From the IMG/VR virus record IMGVR_UViG_3300032164_000004, positions 1-64,000 of that record: DNA of 64,000 nt; one strand, given 5' to 3'. The notes beneath the pieces were generated by a model that worked only from the letters and a program-made list of their open reading frames with translations, was not told the DNA's origin and did not search any database. Shown here piece by piece: positions 39,460-49,082 of the stretch. Every line of letters begins with the position of its first letter. Positions within the stretch are counted from its first letter, which is position 1. The translations under genes were made by a program, and so were the position numbers. This DNA comes from a virus.

Positions 39460-40041
39460 ATGTTTGATAACGAACTTGAAAACATATTTTATTCGTATGC
39501 GTTAGATGATAACAAGGTATTTGAACGGTTAACCTCAGGAAGTTTTTCCTTCAGAATATTAATTGCCCAACTAATGTCGGACCTAGTTGCGTCTGACAAG
39601 ATCCGTGAAATGATAGTCGCAAAATACATGGGTCTAAAACATAATTCTACTAATAAAGGACATGATGCGATTGATCGGTTTGGTCGGTCTTGGGAAATAA
39701 AAACCGAACAGCGGAATGTTCTAAAATATAAGTTAGATGGAAAGAGTAAATGGCATAAAACTACCGATAAAAATTTGGATACTTATAGAGATCAAAATAT
39801 TTTACAGGCCGGTTTTATTGGGGGTAAGTTAGTTTATATAGTTTCGTTTTCTATCGATGAATCTGGAGTTTTAGATAGAATGAAACGCGGAGCGAAGTCG
39901 GTAAATTATAGTTATATTAGTTGGGAGAAATTAACATCGTTGCAATTATTTTATTTAAATGATAAATATTTAAATGAGGATATCATTATTCCTGGTCTAA
40001 TTTATTTATTAGAGGATTTAGGTGAAGGTAAATGGATCTAA
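39460..40041 (+). CDS. Putative PD-(D/E)XK nuclease
   Basis: E...GHDAID...WEIKT. Confidence 0.5.
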   Translation: MFDNELENIFYSYALDDNKVFERLTSGSFSFRILIAQLMSDLVASDKIREMIVAKYMGLKHNSTNKGHDAIDRFGRSWEIKTEQRNVLKYKLDGKSKWHKTTDKNLDTYRDQNILQAGFIGGKLVYIVSFSIDESGVLDRMKRGAKSVNYSYISWEKLTSLQLFYLNDKYLNEDIIIPGLIYLLEDLGEGKWI

Positions 40042-40442
40042 CAGCATATTTAAAGTCGTTGAATTCCCAAAAATTACATCTAATGGATGATCCTGATACA
40101 GAAATTGAAGCTGAAAAGGATTATAGACCATACATAGTTAATAGATGTTTTAGTAATTTTCCTGATACTTTGTTACATGCTCAGGAGATGAATTTACATC
40201 CATTTTTAGATAATAGGATGCAATATGATTATCTGTTTTATGCGGTAAGAAAGCGATCTAGATTTAGTCCGTGGCATAAAGCTATTAAACCAGAAGATTT
40301 GGATTTAGTTAAAGAATATTATGGTTTTAATAATACTAAAGCTAAAGAAGCTTTAAAGATATTGACCGATGATGAATTAGATGCAATAAGACTGGTTATG
40401 AATAAAGGTGGTTTAAAAAGAAAAATTAAGGAGGATGTATGA
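40032..40442 (+). CDS. gp62: Clamp loader small subunit (gp62)
   Basis: YIVNRCFS, RKRSRFSPW, KEYYG. Confidence 0.92.
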   Translation: MDLTAYLKSLNSQKLHLMDDPDTEIEAEKDYRPYIVNRCFSNFPDTLLHAQEMNLHPFLDNRMQYDYLFYAVRKRSRFSPWHKAIKPEDLDLVKEYYGFNNTKAKEALKILTDDELDAIRLVMNKGGLKRKIKEDV

Positions 40443-40840
40443 GTGGTACTGAAAATATGATTGAGGTTTTACTAGAACATCCGGATGATTTTTTAAAGGT
40501 ACGGGAAACTTTGACGCGAATTGGAATTGCAAGTCGTAAAGAAAAAAAATTATTCCAAAGTTGTCATATTTTACATAAACAGGGACATTATTATATTGTC
40601 CATTTTAAAGAATTATTCGTTTTGGATGGAAAAACGGCCGATTTTTCTGAAGATGATCGGGGGCGAAGAAACGCTATAATTAAATTATTAATGGAATGGG
40701 GATTAATTATTTTGAAGAATCCTATTGAAGGACCATTTACTTCTTTGTCGCAAGTGAAGGTTATTTCATTTAAAGAAAAGAATGAATGGATGTTGATACA
40801 AAAGTATAATATTGGAAAAACTAAAAGAGTTGTGTCCTAG
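40439..40840 (+). CDS. regA: Translational repressor RegA
   Basis: DDFLKVRETLTRIGIAS, QSCHILHKQG..YIVHFKELF. Confidence 0.97.
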   Translation: MSGTENMIEVLLEHPDDFLKVRETLTRIGIASRKEKKLFQSCHILHKQGHYYIVHFKELFVLDGKTADFSEDDRGRRNAIIKLLMEWGLIILKNPIEGPFTSLSQVKVISFKEKNEWMLIQKYNIGKTKRVVS

Positions 40841-40863
40841 ATATGATTGTGCTATAATTAACT

Positions 40864-41631
40864 ATGCGCGATAAACGCAAAGAATATAATAAACGGAAAC
40901 GATCTGGTTATAATCGATGGTTTACCAGAACCGCATTACATGTTAACCCAGATCAAGATTTAGATTATTATGAGGATTATGATAATGTTTATAATCCTCA
41001 TAATTCTCACGGTGGTACTTCATGGTTTCAGATTAGATTTAAAAGATGGTTAAACGCTCAAATTGGCCGTCATTGGGATGACGTATATTCTGATATTTCC
41101 AAAATTTTTGAACACAGAACACGTAATTGGGTCGATTTCAAAAAATCTATACGTTGGTTGGTAAGAACCGATACTCATGTTAATGATGATGGTTCGATAT
41201 CAATTAACAAGCATCGTTGGTATGATAATCTATGTAACCAACTTTATGTTCATCCTATAACGGGTATTTTATGTTATAATGGTGGATATAATAGACACCA
41301 TTGGTTGGAAATTTACGATGATGAGAAGGAGATTAATTTGATAAAGATTTCTCCTTCATTTGAATATGAAAAAATTGATGGTCAATGGTATTCTATGGAA
41401 TATAGGATTAATGACCCGAATGAAATTATCGGAGAGGTTATTATAAATGATAGGGTTGTTAATGTTATGGCCGGATCTAGACCGTTTTTTAGATCAAGAC
41501 CATTAATTAAAAAGTATCAATTAGGACATGATGCGATTAAATGTTTACGTAAAGAACATTTTGTAAAAGGATTAAATAAGAAATATATCGAAAGGACTAG
41601 AAGAGAAACTCCTGTGGTGGATTTATTATGA
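40864..41631 (+). CDS. Hypothetical protein
   Basis: WLNAQIGRHWDDVYS, LYVHPITGIL; leaderless promoter. Confidence 0.6.
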   Translation: MRDKRKEYNKRKRSGYNRWFTRTALHVNPDQDLDYYEDYDNVYNPHNSHGGTSWFQIRFKRWLNAQIGRHWDDVYSDISKIFEHRTRNWVDFKKSIRWLVRTDTHVNDDGSISINKHRWYDNLCNQLYVHPITGILCYNGGYNRHHWLEIYDDEKEINLIKISPSFEYEKIDGQWYSMEYRINDPNEIIGEVIINDRVVNVMAGSRPFFRSRPLIKKYQLGHDAIKCLRKEHFVKGLNKKYIERTRRETPVVDLL

Positions 41632-41843
41632 TGTATAAAGAAGATGCTAAGGATATATTTGATTCGTTTGTTCGCTTAGGTAAGACGGATGAAGAAATAT
41701 TGGACTTTTTTAAAGTTAATTATGGTTTGATACCGAGAGAAACATTTAGGTATGTTTTAGAAAGATTGGAACAAAAGAAACAAACGCAAACCCAGTTTTT
41801 AGCTGAAGAACCCTTTGATAGATTTATTCCGAGGGAGCTTTAA
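41628..41843 (+). CDS. Hypothetical protein
   Basis: ATGA-coupled ORF. Confidence 0.5.
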   Translation: MMYKEDAKDIFDSFVRLGKTDEEILDFFKVNYGLIPRETFRYVLERLEQKKQTQTQFLAEEPFDRFIPREL

Positions 41844-41899
41844 TCCCCCAAGGACAAGAATACGATTCTAACTTACAATCTCTAAAAAAATGAGGATAT

Positions 41900-42814
41900 A
41901 TGATTGAACCTGTGATAGTACGTGGGCATATTGGTATTATTGTTGCCAGATTTCAAACTCCGGAATTAACTGAAGGTCATAAAGCACTTATAGAATTTGT
42001 TGAATCGAGACACGATAAAGTGGTTATCATTTTAGGATTAACAACTGGAAATCCTACAATGAAAAATCCTCTAGATTTTGCAATTAGATCTAATATGATC
42101 CAAAAATCATATCCACTTATAATGGTTTTACCTATTAGAGATTGTAGATTGGATGTGGAGTGGTCTAAAAATTTAGATTTACTTTTAGATAGTGTATTTC
42201 CTACTGAAACTAAAGTTTTATATGGTAGTCGGGATAGTTTCATCGAAAATTATTATGGTAAGATTCCAACTGTTTCCTTAAATGAATATGGTTATAATAT
42301 TTCAGCTTCCGCTTTACGAGAAGCTTCTTCACATAAGGTAGAAAATACCCCAGACTTTAGAAAAGGTATGTGTTATTCTATAGCTAATAGATTTAAAAAT
42401 CCGTATCTTTGTGTTGATGTTGCCATAACACACCCCACAGATCATAGTGTGTTGTTATGTCAAAAACCAGGAGAAGAAATTTGTGGGCGGAGATTTGTTG
42501 GTGGATTTGTTGATGTTAATGATGATACATTAGAAGATGCGGTTATCAGGGAATGTAAGGAAGAAGTTGGATTAGATGTACGTGATGTTGAATATATAAG
42601 TAATTTTACTGTTAGAGATTGGAGATATGTAGAGACTGAGGTTGGTATTAAAACTGTGTTATTTGAGGCGGAAGCTGTAAATGCATATAATTTGGCTATG
42701 GATGATATATCTAACGCAAAATGGTTTGAAATTAATCCAATGTTATATAGTCTGATGGTACCAGAACACGAATCATTAATGAGAGCTTTTTTAGAGAGAG
42801 AATATTATGGATGA
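41900..42814 (+). CDS. Bifunctional NMN adenylyltransferase / Nudix hydrolase (NadM-Nudix, NatV-like)
   Basis: ARFQ..TEGH, NPL, ISASALR; Nudix box GG...EDAVIRECKEEVG. Confidence 0.9.
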   Translation: MIEPVIVRGHIGIIVARFQTPELTEGHKALIEFVESRHDKVVIILGLTTGNPTMKNPLDFAIRSNMIQKSYPLIMVLPIRDCRLDVEWSKNLDLLLDSVFPTETKVLYGSRDSFIENYYGKIPTVSLNEYGYNISASALREASSHKVENTPDFRKGMCYSIANRFKNPYLCVDVAITHPTDHSVLLCQKPGEEICGRRFVGGFVDVNDDTLEDAVIRECKEEVGLDVRDVEYISNFTVRDWRYVETEVGIKTVLFEAEAVNAYNLAMDDISNAKWFEINPMLYSLMVPEHESLMRAFLEREYYG

Positions 42815-44189
42815 TAATATTTGTTTGATGACTGATAGTTATAAGTTTTCACATTGGAAACAATATCCGCCAGGAACACAGACGGTTTATAGTTATTTGG
42901 AGAGTCGTGGTGGAATGTTTGATCGAACGGTTTTCTTCGGATTACAATATTATTTAAAGAAGTATTTGCAAGGTGTCGTAGTTACTCCAGTTAAGGTAAT
43001 GGAAGCCAAAACGTTTGTCCATCAACATTTAGGACAAGATACATTTAATACTGAAGGTTGGTTGTATATAGCTAATGAACTTGGTGGAAACCTTCCTGTA
43101 GAGATATGTGCTGTACCCGAAGGGTATAAGCCACAGACTAATAATGTTTTAATGACCATAAGGAATACGGATCTTAGGTGTTTTTGGTTGCCGAATTATT
43201 TAGAAACATTATTGTTGAAGGTGTGGTATCCTACAACTATTGCCACTCTTTCATATAATCTGAAAGAAATATTGGAAGAATTTGCTGGTATTTGTGGTTA
43301 TGATAGTGATATAGTTAATTTTCAAATGCATGATTTTGGATATCGTGGAGTATCATCGGAAGAGAGTGCTGGATTAGGGGCTGCTGCCCATCTTTTAAAT
43401 TTTAAGGGAACGGATACTGTTGCAGGTATTAGAATGTTGCAAGAGTATTATTGTTGCGATTATATGCCAGCGTTTAGTGTTCCTGCGATGGAACATTCTA
43501 CCGTTACATCATGGGGACAAGATAGAGAGTTGGATGCATATGAAAATGCTATGGATTCTTATCCTACAGGTATATTATCTATAGTTGCTGATTCTTATGA
43601 TATTGTAAATGCCTGTTTAAATATTTTTGGAAAAAAACTTAAGGATAAAATTTTAGAACGTGATGGTAAAATTGTTATTCGTCCTGATTCTGATGATACT
43701 ATACCAACTTTGATTAAGGTTTTTAATATATTATTTGATAAGTTCGGATATATGGAAAATAGCAGAGGATATAAAGTATTACCTCCTGTTTTGGGTGTTC
43801 TCCAAGGAGATGGTATAGATTATCATATTATTAGACAAATTTTAAATGCTATGGTAGTAAATGGTATTTCCACTGAAAATATTGTATTCGGTTCGGGCGG
43901 AGCATTATTACAGAAGGTAAACAGAGATACTTTAAAGTTTGCATTTAAGGCTTCTGCCATCCAAATTGATGGTAAATGGAATGGTGTTTTTAAGACTTCG
44001 CCTGGTAAAGAATCGAAGAAAGGTATTTTATCTTTGATTAGAGATCGGAATGTATATAGGACGATGTGTTATGGAGAACCCACTATGAGTTTTGGTAATA
44101 AGTTACGTAAAGTTTTTGAGAACGGAGAGATGTATAAAACGTTTACATATGAGGATATTAAGAATAATGTGGAAAGGTGGGATTGTTAA
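42807..44189 (+). CDS. nadV: Nicotinamide phosphoribosyltransferase
   Basis: TDSYKFSH, HDFGYRG, EHS, IRPDS, GSGGALLQ. Confidence 0.95.
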   Translation: MDDNICLMTDSYKFSHWKQYPPGTQTVYSYLESRGGMFDRTVFFGLQYYLKKYLQGVVVTPVKVMEAKTFVHQHLGQDTFNTEGWLYIANELGGNLPVEICAVPEGYKPQTNNVLMTIRNTDLRCFWLPNYLETLLLKVWYPTTIATLSYNLKEILEEFAGICGYDSDIVNFQMHDFGYRGVSSEESAGLGAAAHLLNFKGTDTVAGIRMLQEYYCCDYMPAFSVPAMEHSTVTSWGQDRELDAYENAMDSYPTGILSIVADSYDIVNACLNIFGKKLKDKILERDGKIVIRPDSDDTIPTLIKVFNILFDKFGYMENSRGYKVLPPVLGVLQGDGIDYHIIRQILNAMVVNGISTENIVFGSGGALLQKVNRDTLKFAFKASAIQIDGKWNGVFKTSPGKESKKGILSLIRDRNVYRTMCYGEPTMSFGNKLRKVFENGEMYKTFTYEDIKNNVERWDC

Positions 44190-44701
44190 TGATTCCTTCA
44201 TGGGATAGATATTTTTTCAATATTATAGATGAGATAGCGACTAGAAGTAAAGATCCTAATACTCAAGTTGGTACGGTTATTGTTGATCTGGATAATTGTA
44301 TTAGGGCAACAGGGTACAATAGTCTTCCGAGAAAGGTAAGAGATAATCCTTGTGTGGTTCCTGAGAGATTTATACGTCCTGAAAAATATTTTTGGATGGA
44401 ACACGCGGAACGTAACGCGATTTATGCATCTGCAAGAATTGGTGTACCATTAAAAGGATGTAGAATTTATTTAAATGTATACCCATGTATGGATTGTGCG
44501 AGAGCCGTGATTCAAGCCGGATTGACTGAAGTTATCATTAACCTGAATAAATATTCAAAATGGTATTCACCTCAATATACTAAGGATAATGGTAAAGTCC
44601 ATATGATGTTAACGGAAGGTTTAGTAGATATTAGTTTTTGGGATGAAGCACTAGATATGCGGAGAAATTGTCTTATTCCTCCTATATTGGATGTCAATTA
44701 A
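44189..44701 (+). CDS. dCMP deaminase
   Basis: SKDP..VG, HAERN, PCMDC. Confidence 0.92.
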   Translation: MIPSWDRYFFNIIDEIATRSKDPNTQVGTVIVDLDNCIRATGYNSLPRKVRDNPCVVPERFIRPEKYFWMEHAERNAIYASARIGVPLKGCRIYLNVYPCMDCARAVIQAGLTEVIINLNKYSKWYSPQYTKDNGKVHMMLTEGLVDISFWDEALDMRRNCLIPPILDVN

Positions 44702-44753
44702 TAATTGACTTTTTATGTTCGATGTAGTATAATTATTATGTGAGATAAAATAT

Positions 44754-45752
44754 ATGAGTCAATTTGAAGTTAAGGTTGTACCAATTAAATTGGAGAAGCA
44801 TCCTAATGCGGATAGCTTATCTTTGGTTCGTGTGTTTGATGCATATGTTTGTTGTGTCCGAACTGATGATTGGAAAGATAAAGCATTAGGTGTTTTTGTT
44901 CCACCAGATTCTATTGTACCGGATACAGAAGATTACGCATTTTTGGCTGGTCATAGACGTATTAAAGCCCATAAGTTTCGTGGTATAATGTCTCAAGGAT
45001 TACTTGTTTCAGCACCCGAAGGTTCTAAAGAAGGTGATGATGTTGCCGAACGTTTGGGTATCGAACATTATGAACCTGAATTACATGTTTTAAAAACAAT
45101 GCCGGGAAATATGGAAAGTCCGCCACCTATTACTGGTTGTGGTAGTAAATATGATATTGAGAGTTGGTTTAAATACCGTAGTATTTTTGATTCATACCCA
45201 AATATACAAGTAAGTATTACAGAAAAGATACATGGTGCAAATGCCCGTTATACTTTTCAACAAGGTAGGATGTGGGCGGCATCTAGAGCATTTTACAGGA
45301 AGTTTAATTTAAGTGATAGTTTTTGGAGAGTAACAGAGAAAAATCCTTGGATTGAAGCTTATTGTAGATTAAGTGAAAATGCCGTAATTTATGGGGAATT
45401 ATATGGTGCCGTACAAAAGTTTACGTATGGTGCTACTTCTGATAATCCTCTTTCTTTTAGGATGTTTGATATGTGGGAAAATGGGAAGTTTCAAGATTGG
45501 TCTAGAGAATTGATAGAGAGCGGATTAGTGAATGATAATCCTAATCCTAATTCTCGTATTGTTCCGATATTATATACAGGTGCTTATTCACATGATGTTG
45601 TTGAGCGATTGATGGATGGACCATCTACTATTCCTGGTGCTAAGAATATCCGAGAAGGTATTGTTATTAAACCTTTGAAAGAGATTTGGAATGATGAAAT
45701 TGGTAGGTTGATTTTAAAAGCTGTATCTCCAGTTTATTTGGAGAAATCTTGA
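44754..45752 (+). CDS. RNA ligase, DRB0094/Rnl5 family
   Basis: N-terminal OB fold HPNADSL, RGIMSQGL, TEKIHG, YGE, EGIV, LKAVS; promoter at 44705-44733. Confidence 0.88.
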   Translation: MSQFEVKVVPIKLEKHPNADSLSLVRVFDAYVCCVRTDDWKDKALGVFVPPDSIVPDTEDYAFLAGHRRIKAHKFRGIMSQGLLVSAPEGSKEGDDVAERLGIEHYEPELHVLKTMPGNMESPPPITGCGSKYDIESWFKYRSIFDSYPNIQVSITEKIHGANARYTFQQGRMWAASRAFYRKFNLSDSFWRVTEKNPWIEAYCRLSENAVIYGELYGAVQKFTYGATSDNPLSFRMFDMWENGKFQDWSRELIESGLVNDNPNPNSRIVPILYTGAYSHDVVERLMDGPSTIPGAKNIREGIVIKPLKEIWNDEIGRLILKAVSPVYLEKS

Positions 45753-45758
45753 TGATTT

Positions 45759-45865
45759 GTGGTGGCGTGTTGGACGTGTTGGGGATGAGCATCTCATCGC
45801 CAGAGTGGTTCGAATCCACAATAGGTCTGGTTTGACCAACCGAGTTCGAGTCTCGGTCCACCACT
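45759..45865 (+). ncRNA. tRNA-like structured RNA with two T-loops
   Basis: gtggtgg/ccaccac closing stem; gtgg-TTCGAAT-ccac; ccgag-TTCGAGT-ctcgg. Confidence 0.6.
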
Positions 45866-45880
45866 TTAATTTATAGCTAA

Positions 45881-46072
45881 ATGGAGGTTTTTATGGATCT
45901 AAATGAAAGAATTGTAGTGTTTACCGCATCGATTGAGTTGGGAATTCCAGAAAGTGTTGTATCTTATAAGGATTTATTAAATTATTTCTATCAGGAATTA
46001 GAAAAACTACATATAAATGGAGTTGATGATAATATTTTTTTGGATGATGTTAAGGTTGATAGATGGTTTTAA
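45881..46072 (+). CDS. Small hypothetical protein
   Basis: GGAGG ribosome-binding site before an internal ATG. Confidence 0.45.
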   Translation: MEVFMDLNERIVVFTASIELGIPESVVSYKDLLNYFYQELEKLHINGVDDNIFLDDVKVDRWF

Positions 46073-46076
46073 TTTT

Positions 46077-46161
46077 GGAAAATTGGCAGAGTGGGAATGC
46101 TCCGGTTTGCTAAACCGAGGACAGGGTAACACCTGCGGATGTTCGAATCATTCATTTTCCG
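46077..46161 (+). tRNA. tRNA-Ser(GCT)
   Basis: ggaaaat/attttcc, TTGCTAA loop, long variable arm. Confidence 0.88.
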
Positions 46162-46163
46162 CC

Positions 46164-46260
46164 GGAGAGGTGGTAGAGTCCGGTTTATTACACAGGTCCT
46201 GAAAACCTGAGGCCGAGTGAACAACGAGGCCCGTGGGTCCGAATCCCACCCTCTCCGCCA
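46164..46260 (+). tRNA. tRNA-Ser(TGA), C33, T-loop TCCGAAT
   Basis: caggt-CCTGAAA-acctg, long variable arm, CCA. Confidence 0.88.
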
Positions 46261-46267
46261 AATAGTT

Positions 46268-46435
46268 ATGAAGATTATTTTTCCGAAAAAAGACGAGATT
46301 TTAGTTTGTAAAAAATGTAAAACTGCGGTTGATCTTGCAGGTGCATTTAGTGAAGATGGTGCGATTGACGATTATTGGTGTGAAGTGTGTATAGATTATG
46401 TTGATGTGAAAATTGCTCCTATAACTCAGAATTAA
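46268..46435 (+). CDS. Small zinc-ribbon protein
   Basis: CKKC...CEVC. Confidence 0.5.
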   Translation: MKIIFPKKDEILVCKKCKTAVDLAGAFSEDGAIDDYWCEVCIDYVDVKIAPITQN

Positions 46436-46464
46436 GATAAGGCAACATACAATGTAAAAATTTT

Positions 46465-46542
46465 GTCCCTGTATCTCAACAGACTTCTAATCTGTAGTCG
46501 AGTAGTTGGATCAACGGGAGTTCGAATCTCTCCAGGGATACA
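46465..46542 (+). tRNA. Atypical D-armless tRNA-Arg(TCT)-like RNA
   Basis: gtccctg/cagggat; acaga-CTTCTAA-tctgt; gggag-TTCGAAT-ctctc; no D-arm. Confidence 0.65.
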
Positions 46543-46544
46543 TT

Positions 46545-46620
46545 AGGGTCATAGTTTAATTGGCAAAACCTTGGACTTTGAATCCAAAGACTCTAGGTTC
46601 GAAACCTAGTGACCCTACCA
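46545..46620 (+). tRNA. tRNA-Gln(TTG)
   Basis: ttgga-CTTTGAA-tccaa, CCA. Confidence 0.92.
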
Positions 46621-46636
46621 ATATATAAGGAATAAT

Positions 46637-46918
46637 ATGGGAACATTAAATGCTTCGGCTGTTAGAACACAACTTTTAGATGTTAGAAATTTATCCATAC
46701 GTTTGGCTGGTTTAAATAGTGTAAGTTCGGCGGAATATCGTGCCGGAAAATTTTTAGAATTTGTGGATGAAGCTATTTTAGCTCTTGGAAAAGTAGAAAC
46801 GGAATTAGAGTTAATAGATTTAGAAGTTTCGGCTTCGGAGGCAGAAGCTGAAATTGTCCGTCAAACTAATAAGAGGAATTTTATTTTAGCGCAAATTGAA
46901 GAAAAAAGGAATTTATAA
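46637..46918 (+). CDS. Coiled-coil hypothetical protein
   Basis: AAGGA ribosome-binding site. Confidence 0.55.
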   Translation: MGTLNASAVRTQLLDVRNLSIRLAGLNSVSSAEYRAGKFLEFVDEAILALGKVETELELIDLEVSASEAEAEIVRQTNKRNFILAQIEEKRNL

Positions 46919-46919
46919 T

Positions 46920-47312
46920 ATGTTTGTTGTGAAAACAAAACTCGGTTTTAGTAAAATTCATGGTATTGGTGTTTTTGCAGAAGAATTTATTCATAGAGGT
47001 TCTGTGGTGCAAGTGTATGATACTATGTTAGATAAAGCGTATCCTAAGAGTATGGTAAGACATGCGAATCCTCTTTTTCAGGAATTTATTAAGCAATATG
47101 CATATTTAGATGGAGATGTGTATATTTTACTTCTTGGAGATAATGCTAGATTTTTAAATCATTCTTTATATCCAAATTTGGTTGGTTTTGTTGGAGATAA
47201 TAGAACAGATATGGCTCATAGAGATATCGATATTGGAGAAGAGTTGACGGTTAATTATTATGAATTTGATGATGAGGCGGTTTTAAAATTGGGAGCTTTT
47301 TCTAGTGGTTAA
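46920..47312 (+). CDS. SET domain protein-lysine methyltransferase
   Basis: SKIHGIGVFA, RFLNHS, DIDIGEELTVNY. Confidence 0.88.
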   Translation: MFVVKTKLGFSKIHGIGVFAEEFIHRGSVVQVYDTMLDKAYPKSMVRHANPLFQEFIKQYAYLDGDVYILLLGDNARFLNHSLYPNLVGFVGDNRTDMAHRDIDIGEELTVNYYEFDDEAVLKLGAFSSG

Positions 47313-47365
47313 GATAGTTGGTTGTCAACCAACAAACAGGGGTTCAATTCCCCTAGCTCCCGCCA
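47291..47365 (+). tRNA. tRNA-Asp(GTC)
   Basis: gttgg-TTGTCAA-ccaac, CCA. Confidence 0.9.
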
Positions 47366-47484
47366 CGTATAACTTATTGAAAACAAAAGACTTGTTTTGA
47401 CATCTTTTTTAATTTTATTGATATTAGGATTTTGTAGTTTAATTAATAGTTGCTTTCACGTTGTAGCTGTGTTATAATATGATT

Positions 47485-47700
47485 ATGAGTACAAAAACAG
47501 TAATCAATTGTGGTGATGTTAAATATGAATTGACGCTTGGTCAAATAAAACGGATGTTGTATGCTGTTGAACATTTAGCTTTATCCGAGACAAATAAACA
47601 ATATGTTAAAGCTAAAAAGATGGCGATTAAATGTCTAACGGAACAGGGAAGAGCACCAGTTATTATCCCAGTTGGTGCTATTGTTGAGGCTGTTGCTTAA
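47485..47700 (+). CDS. Hypothetical protein (leaderless)
   Basis: Promoter TTGCTT-N17-TATAAT at 47450-47478. Confidence 0.55.
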   Translation: MSTKTVINCGDVKYELTLGQIKRMLYAVEHLALSETNKQYVKAKKMAIKCLTEQGRAPVIIPVGAIVEAVA

Positions 47701-47713
47701 AATTGGGATTATG

Positions 47714-47787
47714 GGGCTTATAGCTCAATGGCAGAGCACATGCCTTTTAAGCATGTGATTTAGGTTCGATCCCTAGTAGGCCCACCA
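47714..47787 (+). tRNA. tRNA-Lys(TTT)
   Basis: catgc-CTTTTAA-gcatg, CCA. Confidence 0.93.
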
Positions 47788-47829
47788 AATAAAGTTTGTA
47801 TCATTAGGTACAAGACTAAAGGAAAATAT

Positions 47830-48306
47830 ATGCTAAAGATTGAAACTGAACAATATGGACTACTTACTATTGAGTTTCGGCACAATAGCGGTGATCCCGG
47901 TGTAACCCTTAAACGTAGATTGGCTGAGTATTATAGGAGTGTATCTAATCTCGAAGATCGTCGGCTTACTGGAGCCGAACACGATGAAGTTAATTCGTTT
48001 ATTGATGGTGTTTTGGATGTTGTTGATATATTGTATACTATGGATACCGTTCTTCTAGTTGATACCGGAAAACATAGATATACAGAATGTCAAATTAAGT
48101 TAGATGGTAGTTTTTATCCTGAAACCGACTCTGGTAGAACACCGGAACCCATATATAACACTTTTGGATATGCTTGGGTATTTCCTACAGATACTTTTGT
48201 TAAAGAAGATGGTAGGCTTCTTTCATTGAAAAGAGCTATGGATGAATTACCTGGAATTACACGTAAAACTCGCGCGGAAATTTGGTCGGGTTATTACAAC
48301 AGATAA
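47830..48306 (+). CDS. Hypothetical protein
   Basis: Ribosome-binding site; D.F.KE.GR..SL.RA motif. Confidence 0.55.
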   Translation: MLKIETEQYGLLTIEFRHNSGDPGVTLKRRLAEYYRSVSNLEDRRLTGAEHDEVNSFIDGVLDVVDILYTMDTVLLVDTGKHRYTECQIKLDGSFYPETDSGRTPEPIYNTFGYAWVFPTDTFVKEDGRLLSLKRAMDELPGITRKTRAEIWSGYYNR

Positions 48307-49082
48307 TGTTACCAGAATTACATAAATCAATAAAAGATTTTGGAGGCGTGATCCTACTTCTTGGTGAAGTGGGATCACGCGCGTACGGAACTAATACTGT
48401 CGATTCTGATTATGATGTTATGGGAGTTGGTTTCGGACCAATAGATTATTATATTGGGATGAATAATTTTCATAGTAGCGGTACTTTTGAATTTCGAAAG
48501 AACGTGGACGGCATCTTAGAAGGAAGCATTTATGAAATCCGTAAATTTGTAAGGCTATGTACATCATTTAATCCTAATGTTATTCCTCTATTGTATATTA
48601 ATCCGGATAATTATTTAATTAAACATGATTATGGTTTGGATTTATTATATAGAAAGGATTTGTTTCTTTCAAAATTAGTATATAGTACGTTTGTGGGATA
48701 TGCTAAAGCACAAATGTCAAGAGCAGCACACGGAATTACTGGACGGTTGGGTTTAAGGAGAAAAGGTCTCATTGAGACATATGGTTATGATGTAAAAGCG
48801 GCGAGCCATACTATTAGACTTTTAAATATGGCGTGTGAAATTTTAACCGATGGTAAGGTTAATGTTTGTCGAACTGGTATAGATGCTGATGAATTAATCG
48901 CTATTCGCAACGGTAAATATAATTGGGATGAATTTGTTCAATTGACGGAAGAAAAATTTGAAAATGTTGAAGTAATTTGGGAACATTCTCCTTTACCAGA
49001 AAAGCCCGATGAAGAACCCATTAATAAGTTAGTTACTAATTTAATATATGATGCGGTTATTACTCAATGGAAAAAAAATTAA
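48306..49082 (+). CDS. Pol-beta nucleotidyltransferase (RlaP/YcgL-like)
   Basis: GSRAYGTNTVDSDYD, NPNVI, GYDVKAASHTIRLL. Confidence 0.85.
   Translation: MLPELHKSIKDFGGVILLLGEVGSRAYGTNTVDSDYDVMGVGFGPIDYYIGMNNFHSSGTFEFRKNVDGILEGSIYEIRKFVRLCTSFNPNVIPLLYINPDNYLIKHDYGLDLLYRKDLFLSKLVYSTFVGYAKAQMSRAAHGITGRLGLRRKGLIETYGYDVKAASHTIRLLNMACEILTDGKVNVCRTGIDADELIAIRNGKYNWDEFVQLTEEKFENVEVIWEHSPLPEKPDEEPINKLVTNLIYDAVITQWKKN

Noticed and set aside
45667-46260. ORFs 45667..45864, 46017..46202, 56025..56285 and 56111..56296
   Set aside because: They overlap tRNA or ncRNA genes and lack translation signals
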